Below are positions 54,922 through 64,000 of a stretch of DNA of 64,000 nucleotides, in pieces. The translations under genes were made by a program, and so were the position numbers. This DNA is from an uncultured Actinomycetes bacterium (lineage in GTDB: Bacteria; Actinomycetota; Actinomycetes; S36-B12). Where the stretch lies: assembly GCA_963755335.1 (NCBI GenBank), contig CAVWJW010000008.1, positions 1,305,684 through 1,369,683 on the forward strand, given 5' to 3'. A model generated the notes under the pieces. That model was not told the origin of the DNA, did no database searches, and saw only the letters and a list, made by a program, of their open reading frames with translations. Each line of letters opens with the position of its first letter. The stretch's first letter is position 1.

Positions 54922-55881
54922 CTAGAGCCAGGGCTCCGTCGGCGTCAAGCCCACGCAGAGCCACTCGATGCCGGGCACGGGGGTCTTGCCGCACGACTCG
55001 AGCCGGTCGCGTTCTAGCGATCTGGACACGACAGTCGTGCGCCACGCTCGGCCATCGGCATGGCGAACCTCCACGTCGATCGAACCCAGTCCCTCCGGCA
55101 GGCTCATCGGCACCCGCACCGCCCGGGCGGTTCCTTCGGTGACGCGCAGCACGTCAAGCGCGTCGACGTCGCCGACGCCGTACTCCCGCTGCACCTCGGC
55201 GGCCGCCACCTGGCCCGGCGGAAGCAGCGAACTGCGCCCACGGAAGTGATCGAGGACGACTCCGTTCACGGAGGCCCGATGGTGCACTGTCATCGCGGCC
55301 TCGAGATCGAGGCGGCCGTGGACGGTCCCGGCGGGCAGTGTGAGGCAGACGGGGGCGAATCGATGCCCGCCGATGTGGCTGCACTCCCACACCTCGCGGC
55401 GTACCTCCGGTTCCAGGTGCTGCATCATCTCGGTCACGAGGGCGCGGCCGTGGAGCGCACAGCAGCGGTCGCGGCCGCTGTGGGTGCAGACGAACATCAC
55501 CGGCGTGCGGACGATGTCGCCGAATCCGGGCAGGCTGCCCTGGCCGATCGCGGTGAGGTCCCAGGCGAGGAGTTCGCTGAGCGAGTCGACCTCGGCGTGG
55601 CGCATGAGCAGGCCGCCGGCCGCGGACCGGGCGATCCACACGTGGCGGCTGGACGCCTGCGAGCGTTCTGGTCGATCCGGATGCCGAGCCAGGAGCACGG
55701 ACACCCCGGTGCCCTTGTGCTGGGCCAGGTGCGCGGCCACTGCTGGGTCGAGGTGGCTGTCGGTGAGGGCATCGCGACCCCAGGGCCCCGGCTGCTCGAT
55801 GACGATCCAGGCCGTGGCGTACGGCGCCGTCCCGGTCAGCGGCTCGTGCGCGGCGAGGGCGTCGATGGAGCAGGTGCTCAC
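54922..55881 (-). CDS. Sucrase/ferredoxin-like (thioredoxin-like [2Fe-2S]) family protein
   Basis: WIVIEQPGPWGRDAL...VCTHSGRDRCCALHG...ECSHIGGHRFAP shows the characteristic Cys/His pattern. Confidence 0.65.
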   Translation of the reverse strand: MSTCSIDALAAHEPLTGTAPYATAWIVIEQPGPWGRDALTDSHLDPAVAAHLAQHKGTGVSVLLARHPDRPERSQASSRHVWIARSAAGGLLMRHAEVDSLSELLAWDLTAIGQGSLPGFGDIVRTPVMFVCTHSGRDRCCALHGRALVTEMMQHLEPEVRREVWECSHIGGHRFAPVCLTLPAGTVHGRLDLEAAMTVHHRASVNGVVLDHFRGRSSLLPPGQVAAAEVQREYGVGDVDALDVLRVTEGTARAVRVPMSLPEGLGSIDVEVRHADGRAWRTTVVSRSLERDRLESCGKTPVPGIEWLCVGLTPTEPWL

Positions 55882-58333
55882 AGCGCGCCGCCCAGCCCCG
55901 CCATCGGGGCTGCGCCTGGGGTGCCGGTGCCGTCACGGCGCGGATCGACCTCGGGGAGTGACACCGGAACGCCCGATGCGGTCGCCGCCCGGGCGGGACC
56001 CTTGCCCACCCACGCGAGCAGCAGCCGATCCTCGCCGGAGCGGAACTTGTGGCAGCGCACCCCGCCGGTGGCACGGCCCTTCCCCGGGTACTCGGCGAAC
56101 GGCGTGACCTTCACCGTGCCCACCTCGGTGCCCGGCAGGGCGGCACCGCTGCCGGCCACCGTCACGACCACGGCGTCGTCCGCGGGGATGAACGCACGTG
56201 AACGCGATCACCTCGGACCCGCGGGCCAGCTTGATGCCGGCCATGCCGGCCGCCGCGCGGCCCTGCGGTCGTACGCTGGCCGCCGGAATCCTGAGCAGCT
56301 GGCCGTCGGACGTCACGAACACCAGCTCGGCGGCCTCGGCGTCCGACTCGGCCAGGCGGGTTGCTCCGACCACGCGATCGCCCTCGTCGAGCCGGATGAC
56401 CTCCCAGGAATCCTTGTTCAGCAACGAATCCGGGATCACCCGCTTGACCACGCCGGTGGCCGTGGCAAGCGCCAGGCCGCCACTCTCGTCGAGCGTGGTC
56501 AGGGCGAGGGCCACCTCGTCGCGGGGCAGGTCGACGAAGGCGCCCAGTGGCGCACCGGCCGACAGGGCCGGCACTCCGGAGACGGCGGGGATGCTCGGCA
56601 GATCGATGGCGCTCAGGCGCAGCGACCCGTCCGGCACTGGTGACGAGCCCGAACTCGCCGCGGGTGGTCGCCGGGATCGCGCTGATGACGACGTCGTGGG
56701 TCGAGCGCTGGGCATGCGAGCTGTCCGGGGCCGTTGAGGTGTCGGACGTGCGCGCGAGCAGCCCGGTGCTCGACAGCAGGATCACGCACGGCTCGTCATT
56801 GACCTCGAGCGGCACCCGGGCGACCACGGGGGCTGCGGAACCCTCCATGAGCAGGGTCCGGCGCGGCGTCGCGTGTGCCTGCGCCACGGCGCCGATCTCG
56901 TCGGCCACGGTGGCGCGAAGGACCGTCTCGTCCTCGATGATCGCCGTCAGCGCCTCGACCTCGCGTCGCAGGTCATCGCCCTCCTTCTCCAGCTCGATGC
57001 GGGAGAACTTGGTGAGGCGGCGAAGCGGCATGTCGAGGATGTAGGTGGCCTGGACATCGGACAGGTCGAAGACGGTGATCAGCCGGGTCTTCGCCGAGGC
57101 GGCATCGTCGGACTCGCGGATGAGCTGGATGACCTCGTCGATGTCGAGGATCGCGACGAGGAGGCCCTCGACCAGGTGCAGCCGGTCCAGGGCCCGGGCC
57201 CGCCGGTAGACGCTGCGTCGGCGCACCACCTGGAGCCGGTGGTCCAGCCAGACGCGCAGCATCTGCACCAGGCCCATCGTCTGCGGCTGGCCCTCGACGA
57301 GGGCGACCGCGTTCACGTTGACCTGGTCCTCCATCGGCGTCAGCTTGAACAGGTGCTCCAGCACCGCCTCGGGATGGAAGCCGTTCTTGATCTCGATGAC
57401 CAGTTGCAGGCCGCTGTCGCCGTCGGTCAGGTCGACCACGTCGGAGATGCCCAGCAGCTTCTTGCCCTGCACGGCGTCCTTGATGCGATCGATGACGCGC
57501 TCGGGCCCGACGTTGTAGGGCAGCTCGGTGACCACGATGCCGCGACGTCGCGGCGTGATCTGCTCGACCCGTGTGCGGGCGCGGACCCGGAAGGTGCCGC
57601 GACCGGACTCGTACGCATCGCGGACGCCGTCGAGACCGACGATCACGCCACCGCCGGGGAAGTCGGGACCGGGGATGAAGGTCATCAGGTCGGCGAGGGT
57701 CGCCTCCGGATGCTGCAGGAGGTGCCGCGCGCCGTTGAGGACCTCGCCGAGGTTGTGCGGGACGAGGTTCGTCGCCATGCCCACCGCGATGCCCGACGCG
57801 CCGTTGACCAGGAGGTTCGGGATGGCGGCGGGCAGCACGGCGGGCTCGGTCTCGCGGCCGTCGTAGTTGGGCCCGAAGTCGACGACGTCCTCGTCGAGCC
57901 CCGCGGTCATGTCCATGGCCGGCGCGGCCAGCCGCGCCTCGGTGTAGCGCATCGCAGCGGGACCGTCGTCGAGGGAGCCGAAGTTGCCGTGGCCGTCGAC
58001 CATCGGCAGCCGCAGCGAGAACGGCTGCGCCATCCGCACCAGCGCGTCGTAGATGGCCGAGTCGCCATGCGGGTGCAGCCGGCCCATCACCTCGCCGACC
58101 ACGCGGGCGCTCTTGACGTGACCGCGGTCTGGGCGCAGGCCCATCTGCGCCATCTGGAACAGGATGCGGCGCTGCACCGGCTTCAGGCCGTCGCGCGCGT
58201 CGGGCAGCGCCCGCGCGTAGATGACCGAGTAGGCGTACTCGAGGAACGAGCCCCGCATCTCATCCGAGACGTCGATATCGACGATCCGGCCGTCGCCGGG
58301 CGCCTGTGCCGTGCGGCTGGAGCGGCGGGCCAT
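55878..58333 (-). CDS. parC: Type IIA topoisomerase A subunit (topoisomerase IV ParC-like / GyrA paralogue), 2 frame breaks
   Basis: [30 protein letters not shown]...[20 protein letters not shown]...AMRYTEARL (catalytic Tyr)...[14 protein letters not shown]-terminal beta-pinwheel pieces lie in the 55933..56715 and 55878..56171 frames (shifts near 56640 and 56195). Confidence 0.85.
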
Positions 58334-58399
58334 GCAGTGTCTCCTCGAGCGCCCCGGCGGGGCCTGGTCGTGCGGGCGGGTGCGGAACGATTCTCCGGC

Positions 58400-59305
58400 T
58401 CAGCGGGGTGGCGGGCCCGCTCCGACACGGCTGCAGGCCTCGGCGGCCAGCGCGAGCGCGGCAGCCAGCGCCTCACCGAGGGGCGCGCCGGACAGCCAGG
58501 CGGGCAGGAAGCCCGCTGCGAAGGCGTCGCCTGCCCCGGTCGTGTCGACGATCTCCGCGGTGGCGGCCGGCAGCTCGAGCCGGTCGTCGGGCGTCGCCGC
58601 GACCGCACCGCGAGGTCCCAGCTTGATGACGACCACGGGGACCAGTTCGTGCAGCACCTCGAGGGCATGCTCCGGGTCGTCGGTGCCCACCAGGACGGCC
58701 GCCTCTGCGGCGTTCGCGAGCAGGACGTCGACGCGGGGCAGTGCCGACATGATGAGGTCGACATTGGACTCGAGCGGGCCCACGGAGGCGGTGTCGAGGC
58801 TCACCGTGCAGCCACGTTCGTGGGCCAGGTCGAGGACGGCCAGGCCGGCGGCCCGGCTGGCCGGGTTGAGCAGCGTGTAGCCCGACAGGTGGACGTGGTC
58901 GACGTGCTCGCCCAGCAGCGCCGAGACGTTCTCGGGGGTGAGCAGCGAGTTGGCACCTGGGTCGGGGAACATCGTGCGCTCGCCGCTGCCGTCGACGATC
59001 ACGACGCACGTGCCGGTGGGGCGCTCGGTGGCCCGGTGCACGCGGCAGTCGACGCCGGCACCGCGCAGGCTGGCGGTCAGGGCCGCGCCGAACGCATCGG
59101 AGCCGACCGCACCGATGTAGGCGACCGGGACGCCCTTCGCCCCCAGCCAGGCCGCGGTGTTCGCGCCGCTGCCGCCCGGCTGCAGGCTGATGCCCGCCGG
59201 GGTGTCGCTCGCATAGACGATGTCGGAGTCGATGCGCGCGGTGACGTCCATCATGGCGTCGCCGATGACTGCCACGCGCGCGCGGCCGGGCAGGCGAAGG
59301 GTCAT
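58400..59305 (-). CDS. psuK: PfkB-family carbohydrate kinase, probably pseudouridine kinase
   Basis: GGSGANTAAW...DTTGAGDAFAAGF (PfkB signatures). Directly downstream of psuG with a 1-nt gap. Confidence 0.65.
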   Translation of the reverse strand: MTLRLPGRARVAVIGDAMMDVTARIDSDIVYASDTPAGISLQPGGSGANTAAWLGAKGVPVAYIGAVGSDAFGAALTASLRGAGVDCRVHRATERPTGTCVVIVDGSGERTMFPDPGANSLLTPENVSALLGEHVDHVHLSGYTLLNPASRAAGLAVLDLAHERGCTVSLDTASVGPLESNVDLIMSALPRVDVLLANAAEAAVLVGTDDPEHALEVLHELVPVVVIKLGPRGAVAATPDDRLELPAATAEIVDTTGAGDAFAAGFLPAWLSGAPLGEALAAALALAAEACSRVGAGPPPR

Positions 59306-59306
59306 G

Positions 59307-60266
59307 TCAGCTCACGCCGGATGCGGACTCGGTGGCGGCGATGCGCGCAGCGAGCTCGGCGTTGCGCACGATGATGCGCTCGTTGACCATGAGGCTGGCG
59401 CCGTGCGTGGCTCGGTGGAAGTGATCGAGCAGGAACGGCGTGACGTCCTTGCCGCGGATGTTCCGCGCGGACGCAAGGCGCAGTCCCTCCTCGAGCACCT
59501 GGTCGTGCAGGTCCGGGTCGAGCTGCTCGGACTCCGGCAGCGGGTTCGCGACCACGAGGGCAGCGGGGATGCTCAGGGCGTCGCGGGCGCGCATGATCGC
59601 CGCGATGTCGTCGACGTTGTTGACCGACCAGTCGCAGGTGAAGCCTGAGTCCGACAGGTAGAAGCCGGGGAACTGGTTCGTGCCCATGGTCAGGATGCCG
59701 ACGTTGAGGGTCTCCAGCCGTTCGAGGGTCGCCCCCACGTCGAGGATCGACTTCACGCCGGAGCACACCACGGTCATCGCCGTGATGGCGAGGGTGTTGA
59801 GGTCGGCGGACTCATCCCAGCTGTCGCGCGCTTCGCGGTGAACGCCGCCGAGTCCACCGGTCGCGAACACGCGGATGCCAACGAGCGAGGCGAGGTGGCT
59901 GGTGGCCGCGACGGTCGTGGCCCCGCTCCCGCCGCGGGCGACGAGGGTCGCCAGGTCGCGCATGCTGACCTTCACGACGTCGTCGCGGTTCGCGACCTGC
60001 TCGAGCAGCGGCTCGTCGAGGCCGATGAGGACGTGGCCGTCGAGGATCGCGATGGTGGCGGGAATCGCACCGCGGGAGCGAACGATGTCCTCGACCTCGG
60101 TGGCCACCCGCAGGTTCTCCGGACGGGGCAGTCCGTGACTGATGATCGTCGACTCCAGGGCGACCACCGGGTGACCGTCGGCGAGCGCCTGGCGGACCTC
60201 GGGGGCGACCACGAGGAGGTCGGAGTCGAGCAGGGCTGTGCCCGCGAGCTGCTGCGTCGATGTCAC
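59307..60266 (-). CDS. psuG: Pseudouridine-5'-phosphate glycosidase (IndA family)
   Basis: VVALESTIISHGLPRPEN...ATIAILDG...GATTVAATSHLA...VFATGGLGGVHR...DESADL...VVCSGVKSILD. Confidence 0.88.
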   Translation of the reverse strand: MTSTQQLAGTALLDSDLLVVAPEVRQALADGHPVVALESTIISHGLPRPENLRVATEVEDIVRSRGAIPATIAILDGHVLIGLDEPLLEQVANRDDVVKVSMRDLATLVARGGSGATTVAATSHLASLVGIRVFATGGLGGVHREARDSWDESADLNTLAITAMTVVCSGVKSILDVGATLERLETLNVGILTMGTNQFPGFYLSDSGFTCDWSVNNVDDIAAIMRARDALSIPAALVVANPLPESEQLDPDLHDQVLEEGLRLASARNIRGKDVTPFLLDHFHRATHGASLMVNERIIVRNAELAARIAATESASGVS

Positions 60267-60344
60267 GCACCGACCCTACCCGCGCATCGCGGGGACGGAA
60301 CCCTGACGGTCGCTTCGTCTCGCGTCCCCGACCACAATGGCCCC

Positions 60345-62785
60345 ATGACCGAGCCGGGGCCCGACTCCTACCCGGCGCGCTGGGAGGCGGACGTCCTTCT
60401 GCGCGATGGTCACCCTGTTCACCTGCGCCCCATCACCCCCGCGGACGGGGATGCCCTCCGGCTCTTCCACACCTCGCTGTCGGACCGGACCGTCTACTTC
60501 CGGTTCTTCTCCGCCAAGCCGGCCCTCACCGACGCCGACGTTCGGTACTTCACCCACGTCGACCACACCACGCGGGTGGCGCTGATCGCCCTCGACGCCG
60601 GCGTGATCGTCGGCGTGGGCCGATTCGACGCCCTCGGGGACGGCAGCGCCGAGGTGGCCTTCGTGATCCGGGACGACGCCCAGGGCCTGGGCCTGGGCTC
60701 GGTCCTGCTGGAGCACCTGGTCGCCGCCGCCCGTGAGCTTGGCCTGACCCGGTTCGTGGCCGAGGTCCTGCCCGAGAACGCCCGCATGCTCGCCACCTTC
60801 CGTGAGGCGGGCTTCGAGGTCCGGCAGCGTCGCGAGGAGGACGTCCTCGCGGTGTCCTTCGCCATCGAACCGACGCAGTCGAGCCTGGCCGTGATGGAGG
60901 CCCGCGAGCACCGTGCCGAGGCGCGTTCGGTGCACCGGCTCCTGCATCCCGCGCGCGTCGCCGTCGTCGGAGCCTCCCGCCGGCCGGGCGGCCTGGGCCA
61001 TGCGCTGCTGCGCCACCTCGTCGGCGCGGGCTTCACCGGCGACCTCGTCGCCGTGCATCCGGAGGTGGACGTGATCGCCGGCGTCCGCTGCGTGCGCTCG
61101 CTTACCGAGCTGACCGACACCATTGACCTTGCCGTCGTGGTCGTGCCGGCCGATGGCGTCGGCGCGGTGATCGAGGATGCCGAGAGCGCCGGCGTCCACG
61201 GACTCGTCGTCATCTCCGGCGGCTTCGGCGACGCCGGCGAGGCCGGCCTTCGGATGCAGGCGGAACTCGTTGCGCTGGTCCATCGCACGGGCATGCGGCT
61301 CGTGGGTCCGAACGCACTGGGCCTGATGAACACCGACCCGCAGGTGCGCCTCAACGCATCCTTGGTGCCGCGGCTGCCCGATCGCGGGCGGATCGGGTTC
61401 TTCTGCCAGTCCGGAGCACTCGGCGACTCGATCCTCGCGAGGTTCAGCCGCCGGGGCCTCGGCCTCTCCAGCTTCGTGTCCGCCGGCAACCGCGCCGACA
61501 TCTCCGGCAACGACCTCCTCCAGTACTGGGAGGAGGACCCCGACACCGACCTCGTCCTCCTGTACCTCGAGACGATCGGCAACGCGCGCAAGTTCGCCCG
61601 TATCGTGCACCGGCTCTCGCGCAGCAAGCCCGTGGTGATGGTCCGTGCCGGCGGGGCCGGGCAGCGGCATCCGCTCGGCCATGCCGTCCGCAGTACGGAG
61701 CTGAGCCAGAAGGCGGTCGATGCCATCCTCGGCGACTGCGGGCTGATCATCGTCGAGAGCATCCACCACCTGCTCGACGTCGCGCAGGTGCTCGCCAGCC
61801 AGCCGCTGCCCAGCGGACCGGGCCTGGCGATCGTGAGCAACAGCGACGCCCTGGCGGTCATGGCGGCCAATGCCTGTGAGCGCACCAGCCTTGCCGTGGT
61901 CGGCGAGCCGGTGACCTTCGCCCGTCAGGAGTCGGCCGAGTCGTACGAGCGCGCCATCGACGCTGCTATGGCCGACGAGCGGGTCGGCTCGGTGCTGGCC
62001 ATCTTCGTGCCGCCCATCGAGCATCCCTCGGGGGATGCCATCCGCTCGGCTCTCGGGCGCTACGCCGGTCGGATCGGCGATGACCGCGGCGGCAAGCCCG
62101 TGGTGGCGCTCATGGTCGGCGACGCTTCCGACGAGGCCAGGGGCGATGGACCCACCGGCGCTCGAACGAGCATCCCGTCGTTCAGCGACATCGAGGACGC
62201 GGTTCGGGCCCTCGATGCCGTCACGCGGTACGCCAACTGGCGCAGGTCGCCGTCGAGCGGGCGCCCGTCGTTGGTCGACCACGTGATCGACGTTCCGGAC
62301 CTCGCGCCCGGTTCGCTCGCGGGGGAGCCTGCCGTGGAGGCGTGCCGAGCCCTCGGCGTCGAGGTGACCCTCGACGAGGCCGCCGACGCGTCACCGGGGC
62401 TGCGGGTGCGTCTCAGCGAGGATCCGCTCTTCGGTCCCGTCATCAGTGTCGGGGTAGACGATCCCGTTGCCGACCTGCTCGATGATCGGGCGTACCGACT
62501 GGCGCCCGTTACGCCTGCCGGTGCGCGACTCATGCTGGCCTCAGTCGCCTCCCTTGGCGCGATACCTGAGGAGGAGCGGCCGCGAACGACGCCTTGCTGG
62601 AGCGGCTGGCCGACCTGATCAGTGCCGTGAGCCGGACCGTGGCACACCGACCCGACATCGCCGAGATGGACCTGCGACACGTTCACACCGCCGAAACGGC
62701 CACTGCCTCACTCGGGGCGGCGGAGGCCCGGATGACGCTCGCGCAGTCCGCCACTACCCCGGAGCCTTCGGCCCGGCGCATCTGA
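60345..62785 (+). CDS. GNAT acetyltransferase fused to NDP-forming acyl-CoA synthetase-like domains (PatA-type protein acetyltransferase architecture), 1 frame break
   Basis: N-terminal GNAT (AFVIRDDAQGLGLGSVLLEHLVAAARELG). It is followed by CoA-binding/ligase-like regions (VAVVGASRRPG...LVGPNALGLMN...FCQSGALG...VSAGNRADISGNDLLQYW). The C-terminus continues in the 62594..62785 frame (shift near 62590). Confidence 0.75.
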
Positions 62786-62832
62786 ACTGGTGGCCGGGTG
62801 CCACTGGCCGCCGTAGATGGAACAATGCGGGA

Positions 62833-63417
62833 ATGACCGACGCGGCACTTGCCCAGCAATTGCGCTCCGACATCCAGAGGTCCGGCTACTACCCGGACCT
62901 CGTCGCTGACGCCCTGGACACCGCGCTCGCCGGCGAGCCGCTCGCCTCCTATGTCGTCCACCACGAGGCCACCTTCGACCGCGACGAGCTGCGACGGCAC
63001 GTCACCGTGCTGGCGCTGACCCCGACGCGGCTCATCGTCGGGCACACGGACGAGCACCCGGTGGACGAGGGCAACCCCCAGGCGTATGCGTCGGCCTCCA
63101 CTGAGGCGGTCCGCATCGAGCGCGTGGACTCCGTTGTCGTCACCCGCGTCGTGAGCGACCCCGCGGTGCACAAGCCCGGCGGCCCCGCCGCCGAAGTGGT
63201 CCTGACGATCGGGTGGGGAGCGGTGAGCCGCATCGACCTCGAGCCGGCCACCTGCGGTGATCCCCAGTGCGAGGCCGACCACGGCTACACCGGAACGGCG
63301 TCCAACGACGATCTCTCCGTGCGCGTGTCCGAGGCCGCGGATGGTGCGGACGTCGTCCGCCAGGTCCTCGCCTTCGCCTCCGTGCTGTCCTCGTCGACCG
63401 CCGCTCGCGCTCGCTGA
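62833..63417 (+). CDS. Conserved actinobacterial protein (DUF5998-like)
   Basis: MTDAALAQQLRSDIQRSGYYPDLVADALDTALAGEP...LTPTRLIVGHTDEH... Precedes a phosphodiesterase-family gene, the context I recall for this family. Confidence 0.45.
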   Translation: MTDAALAQQLRSDIQRSGYYPDLVADALDTALAGEPLASYVVHHEATFDRDELRRHVTVLALTPTRLIVGHTDEHPVDEGNPQAYASASTEAVRIERVDSVVVTRVVSDPAVHKPGGPAAEVVLTIGWGAVSRIDLEPATCGDPQCEADHGYTGTASNDDLSVRVSEAADGADVVRQVLAFASVLSSSTAARAR

Positions 63418-63422
63418 CCTGC

Positions 63423-64000
63423 GTGCCTCGCCTGGGGCTGACGGACGTCAGCACGTCCGCGGCTGCCGCCGTGGGCGTGGCGGGCTTCGCCGACACCCTC
63501 GGGATCGGCCCGTGCCGGCAGGTGGTCGTCCTTCTCGTGGACGGCCTGGGCTGGAACCAGCTGCAGGCCCGCCCCGACCTCGCACCCGTGCTCACGGCCA
63601 TGTCCGCCGTGCCGATCGACGCTTCGTTCCCGACGACGACACCGGTGGGCCTTGGCTCGTTCGGCACGGGGCTGCTCCCCGGCGCCCACGGACTGGTCGG
63701 CGCGTCGTTCTGGCTGCCGGAGTCCGAGGCGATCCTCAGCCCGCTGCACTGGGGCAATGACCCGCTGCCGGTGGCCGTCCAGCCGGAGCCGACGGTGTTC
63801 GAGGTCGTGGCCCGGTCGGGTGTGACGACGTCGACCGTGTCGCCGGCTGCCTACGCCGACTCGGGACTCACCCGGGCCGTCCTGCGCGGCCCCGTCTACC
63901 GCCCCGCCGACGACGTCGATGACCGGATCCGGGAGGTGAGCGCGATCCTCGCCCGCGGAGGGGCATCCTTCACGTACGTCTACTGGCCCGAGCTCGACCG
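63423..64000 (+). CDS. Alkaline-phosphatase-superfamily (nucleotide pyrophosphatase/phosphodiesterase-like) protein, 3'-truncated by the window edge
   Basis: VVLLVDGLGWNQL...DASFPTTTPVGLGSFGTGLLPGAHGLVG is the typical metal-site/nucleophile (T-T) context. The start at GTG 63423 is tentative. Confidence 0.6.
   Translation, partial: MPRLGLTDVSTSAAAAVGVAGFADTLGIGPCRQVVVLLVDGLGWNQLQARPDLAPVLTAMSAVPIDASFPTTTPVGLGSFGTGLLPGAHGLVGASFWLPESEAILSPLHWGNDPLPVAVQPEPTVFEVVARSGVTTSTVSPAAYADSGLTRAVLRGPVYRPADDVDDRIREVSAILARGGASFTYVYWPELD

Noticed and set aside
60276-62282. 668-aa minus-strand ORF, with a similar case at 56873..59374 on the plus strand (833 aa)
   Set aside because: These are shadow ORFs opposite the GNAT/ACS gene and opposite parC plus the PfkB kinase gene. 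They have no recognisable motifs and R/G/H/D-dominated composition. The same applies to 258..1709(-), 40616..41923(-), 43706..45145(-), 46579..47991(+), 48042..49442(+) and 50467..51804(-).

Overview
High-GC (about 70%) actinobacterial chromosomal segment with almost no non-coding space. No rRNA, tRNA, CRISPR array, transposase or integrase was recognised. The main feature is a two-armed bacterial microcompartment (BMC) locus at about 4.1-21 kb. It matches the RMM (Rhodococcus/Mycobacterium microcompartment) class for aminoacetone / 1-amino-2-propanol use. The plus-strand arm encodes a class-III aminotransferase-fold enzyme (putative phospho-lyase), an acylating aldehyde dehydrogenase, one BMC-H, one BMC-P, two paralogous two-domain shell proteins, a small helix-bearing orphan protein, an APH-fold kinase, an SDR and a GntR/HutC regulator. 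The divergent minus-strand arm encodes an APC permease, a formamidase-family enzyme, a DUF336 protein, a B12-type diol/glycerol dehydratase with fused alpha-beta subunits, its gamma subunit and a reactivase. The rest is housekeeping or accessory: cysK-cysE, PFOR with a DHOD-like partner, a surface Ig-repeat protein with a lipoprotein, a TipA-like MerR regulator, tag, a SAM-IV riboswitch with metY-metX, sigA, topoisomerase IV-like parE and parC, an xylJQKIH-ordered lower meta-cleavage operon with an IclR regulator, an orphan PEP-utilising phosphotransferase of unknown substrate, fprA, psuK-psuG and a PatA-like GNAT/ACS protein. About 40 single-base frame breaks interrupt some 20 genes, including sigA, parC and metY. 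I read these as indel errors in the assembly, not as pseudogenes. They create false fusions in the ORF track and hide real features, such as the encapsulation peptide on the aldehyde dehydrogenase. All calls rest on motif-level recognition and synteny. No database search or HMM could be run.
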